Shown piece after piece: positions 52,230 through 64,000 of a DNA stretch of 64,000 nucleotides. The notes beneath the pieces were generated by a model. That model saw only the letters and a program-made list of their open reading frames with translations, was not told where the DNA came from and ran no database searches. The position numbers were made by a program, and so were the translations under genes. The stretch is from the human T2T-CHM13v2.0 reference genome, Homo sapiens: the NCBI RefSeq assembly GCF_009914755.1, contig NC_060939.1; one strand, written 5' to 3'. Numbering within the stretch: the stretch's first letter is position 1; the number at the start of each line of letters is the position of its first letter.

Positions 52230-52258
52230 GGCAGCCCTGCCAGCAGACTCCGCAGCCT
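52109..52258. repeat. Two (CA)n tracts in a duplicated ~85-bp unit
   Basis: (CA)n followed by ...ccagcagactccgca.cct twice. Confidence 0.9.
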
Positions 52259-52537
52259 GGAAGGCAGGAAGCAGCCTCCAGCCCCAGCAAGAAGGCAGGT
52301 CTTGGCCTTTGGCTGACCTCGGCCACGGTGCCCCAGGCCAGCAGGGCAGTTTCCCCTGCCCGGCAGCTCCCCGGGGAGTCGGGAACCAAGTGCAGCCGGC
52401 GAAGATGCCACGGGCACCTGAGACACAGGGCTCCATGTTCCCTCTGGGAAAAAGGGACCCCACCCTGTCCTCAATCACCTTCAACACCAGCACACCTCAG
52501 CCGCTTGCACTTCGTGAAGCCTTGGGCTGTCTGAGCT

Positions 52538-52860
52538 CATTCAACCCCTTCTTTAGAGACGGCGAAATTGAGGGCCAGAGAAAGTGATTTGTCCAAATTC
52601 ACAGAGCCGAGAAACGGCAGGAGATGGATGCCAACCCCAGCCCCGTCTGCCTGCCCAGATGGGTTATTTGCAGCGACCCTCATTCTACTCTCTGCTTCTA
52701 TGAGCTCAAATTTTCTAGATTCCACATAGAAATCAGGTCATGCAGTATCTGTCTTTCTGGGCCTGGCTTATTTTACTAAGCGTAATGTCTTCCAGGTTTA
52801 TCCTTGTCACAAATGACAGGATTTCCTTCTTTTTAAAGGCTGAATAGTATTCCATTGTGT
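52538..52860. mobile_element. MIR relic followed by a minus-strand L1MA fragment
   Basis: gaaattgagggccagagaaagtgatttgtccaa; gcagtatctgtctttctgggcctggcttatttt. Confidence 0.65.
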
Positions 52861-52980
52861 GTGTGTGTGTGTGTGTATGTGTACACATATATTAATAAAC
52901 ATATCAACATACAGGTAACCAAAAAGTGCTAGATTTTACGTAAAAATACTCTAAACTTAAAATTACTTAAAAACATCCTA

Positions 52981-53480
<500 letters not shown>

Positions 53481-53714
53481 TCCTTGGAATGACAGAAGCA
53501 AATACTAGAGCACCTGTATTTTTATCTAACAGGGATAACGAATTAGGCTTCCCTAGTAGTGGACACACCAGGCCCCAGCCCCTTCCCGCTGCCCTGGTGT
53601 CCCCAGAGCAGCAGGAGTCCATGGCTCTGAGAGTTCAGGGGCGCCCCATCAACAAGGGCTTGGCCCAGGGGATCAAAGGCGATAATGAAGAGCCCACGTT
53701 TTAACAAAACAAAC

Positions 53715-54425
<711 letters not shown>

Positions 54426-55371
54426 CAAAAGCTTAGGAGGGGTTTGTTCCTGCCGGGGATGAAGAAGGACCTGAGTTGTGGCCAACAACAGGCTGCAGAA
54501 AGGCAATGCCATCCTGAAGATTTCTCAACTAAGAGTCTGCACCCATGACAGCCCACCGAGACCCTCGCTCCAAGTTTGTGGAGAAAGGGAACCCGCTTGG
54601 CAGCATGTGGAAAGACCCCACGATGAGCAGCAGACACAGCAACGCTGCCTCCTACATCTCGACAGCATCTGTGTAAGACTCGCTAGCATCTGGTGCACAC
54701 ACTGTATGAGACAGCAACAGCCAGAACAGACAGCTTTACGTTGATGAACACACAGACGGTGGCGCATGTTCAGAGATGCCGAGGGGACGCCGCAGTTCCC
54801 AAAATCACCTCTGCCTTTTTTTTTTTCTGCAGGGGAGCCAATAAAAAAAGCTGATAAAAGATGAAAAGAGAATACTTAATAAGTAAGCATAATTTATTTA
54901 AACTTTTCCAAGCAACCTGAGGTACCTGAATACCTGAAGCACTGGCTCTAGCATCGGTTGGGACACGGGACAAGGAGGCAGTGCTCTCCTATCGCCCCTT
55001 CCCAGGAGCTGCTGGCAGCAACAGGTTATGGACTACAATGGGCAGGTCACCCACCACCTGTTTATAAATCTTGGAGAGTCTTCCTCAAAAGTGACAATGG
55101 CCTGGACGGGGCCCGACTAAGCCCTGCTGGCTGAGGGGCTCAGGACAGGTGACTTCAGAGCACGCTCCCAGATCTCACTAAATGAAATCACAAAGTTCCT
55201 GAAGCACAGAGTTCCAATCGCACTTTCCACCATGTGGTCTTGGCTAAGTCTGCAGGAGTGCGGCCGACATATGTGAAGAGGAAGAACTCGGGGCACCTGA
55301 ACCTTTCCTGCTTACAGTGTGTGGGAAGACATGTGCCGGCCTGTGTCTTCACACACACTTCCAGGGCCCGG

Positions 55372-55433
55372 CCCCACCACAGCCCGCAGCTACAATATAG
55401 CACCCCACCACAGCCCGCAGCTACAACACAGCA
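55372..55433. repeat. 31-bp tandem duplication
   Basis: ccccaccacagcccgcagctacaa(t/c)a(t/c)agca x2. Confidence 0.85.
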
Positions 55434-55572
55434 CATCTGCCCTCCACCTGGGCCTGGGATAGAATCAGGGCAACCAAGAGCTCCAGAGGCTTCTCAGGTG
55501 CCCATCACAGGTCACAGTCAATTCCATGTGACCAGTGAGGTCAGCCTGAAATGTGTGACTGAAATACAAGAA

Positions 55573-55989
<417 letters not shown>

Positions 55990-56015
55990 TTAAATACAAA
56001 ATAAAAATCAATCCC

Positions 56016-56423
56016 TGTGATGGTTGCTTTTATGTGTCAACTTGGCCAGGCCATGGTACCCAGTTTTTGGTCCAACTCCAATCTAAACATTGCTATGAAA
56101 GTACTTTTTAGATGAGATTAACATCTATACCAGTAGACTCTGAATGAAACAAATTACCCTCCATAATTTGGGTGGGCCTCATCCAACCAGTGCAGGCCTT
56201 GAAAGAAAAAAGACTGACCTCTCCTAAGAAAGAGGGAATCTTGCCTCCAGGCTGCCTTCAACATCAGCTTTTCCCCGGGTCTTTAGCCTATGGGCCTGCC
56301 TTGCAAACGCTGGACTTGCCAGCCTCTACAATTGTGAGTCAGATCCTTAAAATAAATCTCTCTAGACGCACATCCACACGTATCCTGCTGCTTCTGTTTC
56401 TCTGGAGAACCCTGACTAATACA
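56016..56423 (+). mobile_element. MLT2-family (ERVL) solo LTR
   Basis: tgtgatggttgcttttatgtgtcaacttgg...ctggagaaccctgactaataca. Confidence 0.8.
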
Positions 56424-57429
56424 TCACCTCTACCACCTCCACACCCTGTCATCACGACAAACAAGAAAACACAACTTGTGCATATGAAAACCTTATCCCT
56501 GTGGTCTCCTTGACAGGAACAAGGCTACCTCTCAAGAGTCAGTGAAGTTTTTGTTCATATGCACAAGTCTGCTCAATTTAACACATACAGTTATTCAATG
56601 ATCTCTGGGGGCAGCTGGCCCCACTGAGCCATGAGTCCAGGTGGTGTTAAGGCTCACTGGTTTCGTGGAGACTGGTCCTTCTAGGAACAGCTTGAGAAGT
56701 TGAGCTTTGGACAGGGATTCAAATGTAATGCAGAACTTCACCACTTCAGCTGTGGGGCTATGTGGTTCTTCAGAGCAAGCACATCTCCTTCTGTGAGTAT
56801 CTTCAAGGACAAATCAACACTCATCCCCACTGTCCTGGCCAGGAAAACATGACTGCAAGGAGTGACCACACAGGCTCTGAGCATCAAATTTTGGCTATGG
56901 AATCAGGTTTCAAGATGAAACCCACTGCTTTCAGAGTGTTTTGGGCTTTTTTCCCCCTCCCCTGTGATGCAAATGTGAATGTGAAGGGGAAAGCAAAGAA
57001 CAGGGCATGACAAGGTCACAGCGGCTATCACTGTACATCTGTCTTATTCCCATCTAAAAAACCTGGGAGCCACAGTTCAACAGACATCACCTCTGCCCCC
57101 ATGGAGGGCCAAGCCACAGCCCACGGCATGGGCTGTGCGTGAAGGAAATGCAGTCGTAATAAAGTTGGAGGGGGAGCGACCAGGAAAACAAATGCCCAGT
57201 GAGCTTGTGCTGAATAGCACAGATGCACATCAGGCTTAAACCAACACGATGGTGAAAAACACATCCCTAATTTCTTGAGACCATGTTCTAAGAGGCTTTT
57301 AACACAAAAAAATTCATACAAATGCAAATCTTGTCCCTGGAATGCTCTGAAATCCTTCTATTAGATAACCCTCCTATTAGAAATCAGGCCGGAGCTGCTG
57401 TGGCCATCAGCTCTCTGGATATAAGACAT

Positions 57430-62620
<5,191 letters not shown>

Positions 62621-62633
62621 TAAAAATTATTGT

Positions 62634-63660
<1,027 letters not shown>

Positions 63661-63769
63661 AACGTATACTTAAAAGTAGGTGAATTTTATAAAGTAGGTA
63701 TATTATACCTCAATAAACAAAATTTTTGTTTAAAATTTTTGTTTTTAAAGCATGCTAATATTTTTAAAT

Positions 63770-64000
63770 TGGAATTGGGTTAAATTTATAGATCAATATG
63801 AAGAGAACTGATGTCTTTACTATGTTGAGTGTTCCAACCACTGACCATGGTATGTTCCCCCATTTACTTAAATGATCTTTGATTTCTCTCATCTTCAGCA
63901 TACAGATCCTGTAAGTCTTATTCAATGTATACCTAAGTATTTGATTCCTTTGAAGCAAACGAAATGTTGTGTTTTTAAATTTAATTTTCTTTTTTTTTTT
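63770..64000 (-). mobile_element. L1 ORF2 relic
   Basis: ORF 63764-63958 KWGNIPWSVVGTLNIVK resembles L1 ORF2. Confidence 0.7.

Noticed and set aside
51874-52587. 237-aa and 200-aa His/Thr-repeat ORFs
   Set aside because: Open because (CA)n tracts lack stops; start within an L1 fragment.

Overview
Primate (very likely human) genomic DNA carrying the 5' half of CYFIP1 (Sra-1, WAVE regulatory complex subunit and FMRP interactor; 15q11.2 in human) on the minus strand. Seventeen GT-AG coding exons (numbered 2-18, assuming a non-coding exon 1 beyond the window) run from the ATG at 35139 down to 33. They splice into one 2082-nt frame encoding residues 1-694. Positions 35146-64000 are intron 1. Introns are dense with Alu, old L1, Tigger/MER and MaLR/ERVL LTR relics. 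Main finding: a paralogous copy of exon 16 (16a, 4737-4884) lies 251 nt upstream of canonical exon 16 (16b, 4332-4485), with the same phases and intact splice signals, i.e. a candidate mutually exclusive exon pair. The intron between them contains a perfect 13-bp inverted repeat, extendable by G-U pairs only on the transcribed strand, that would bring the 16a donor to about 48 nt from the predicted 16b branch point. That intron is also stop-free and in frame, so a third +133-aa isoform is possible. Repeat family names and boundaries are by-eye calls and approximate.
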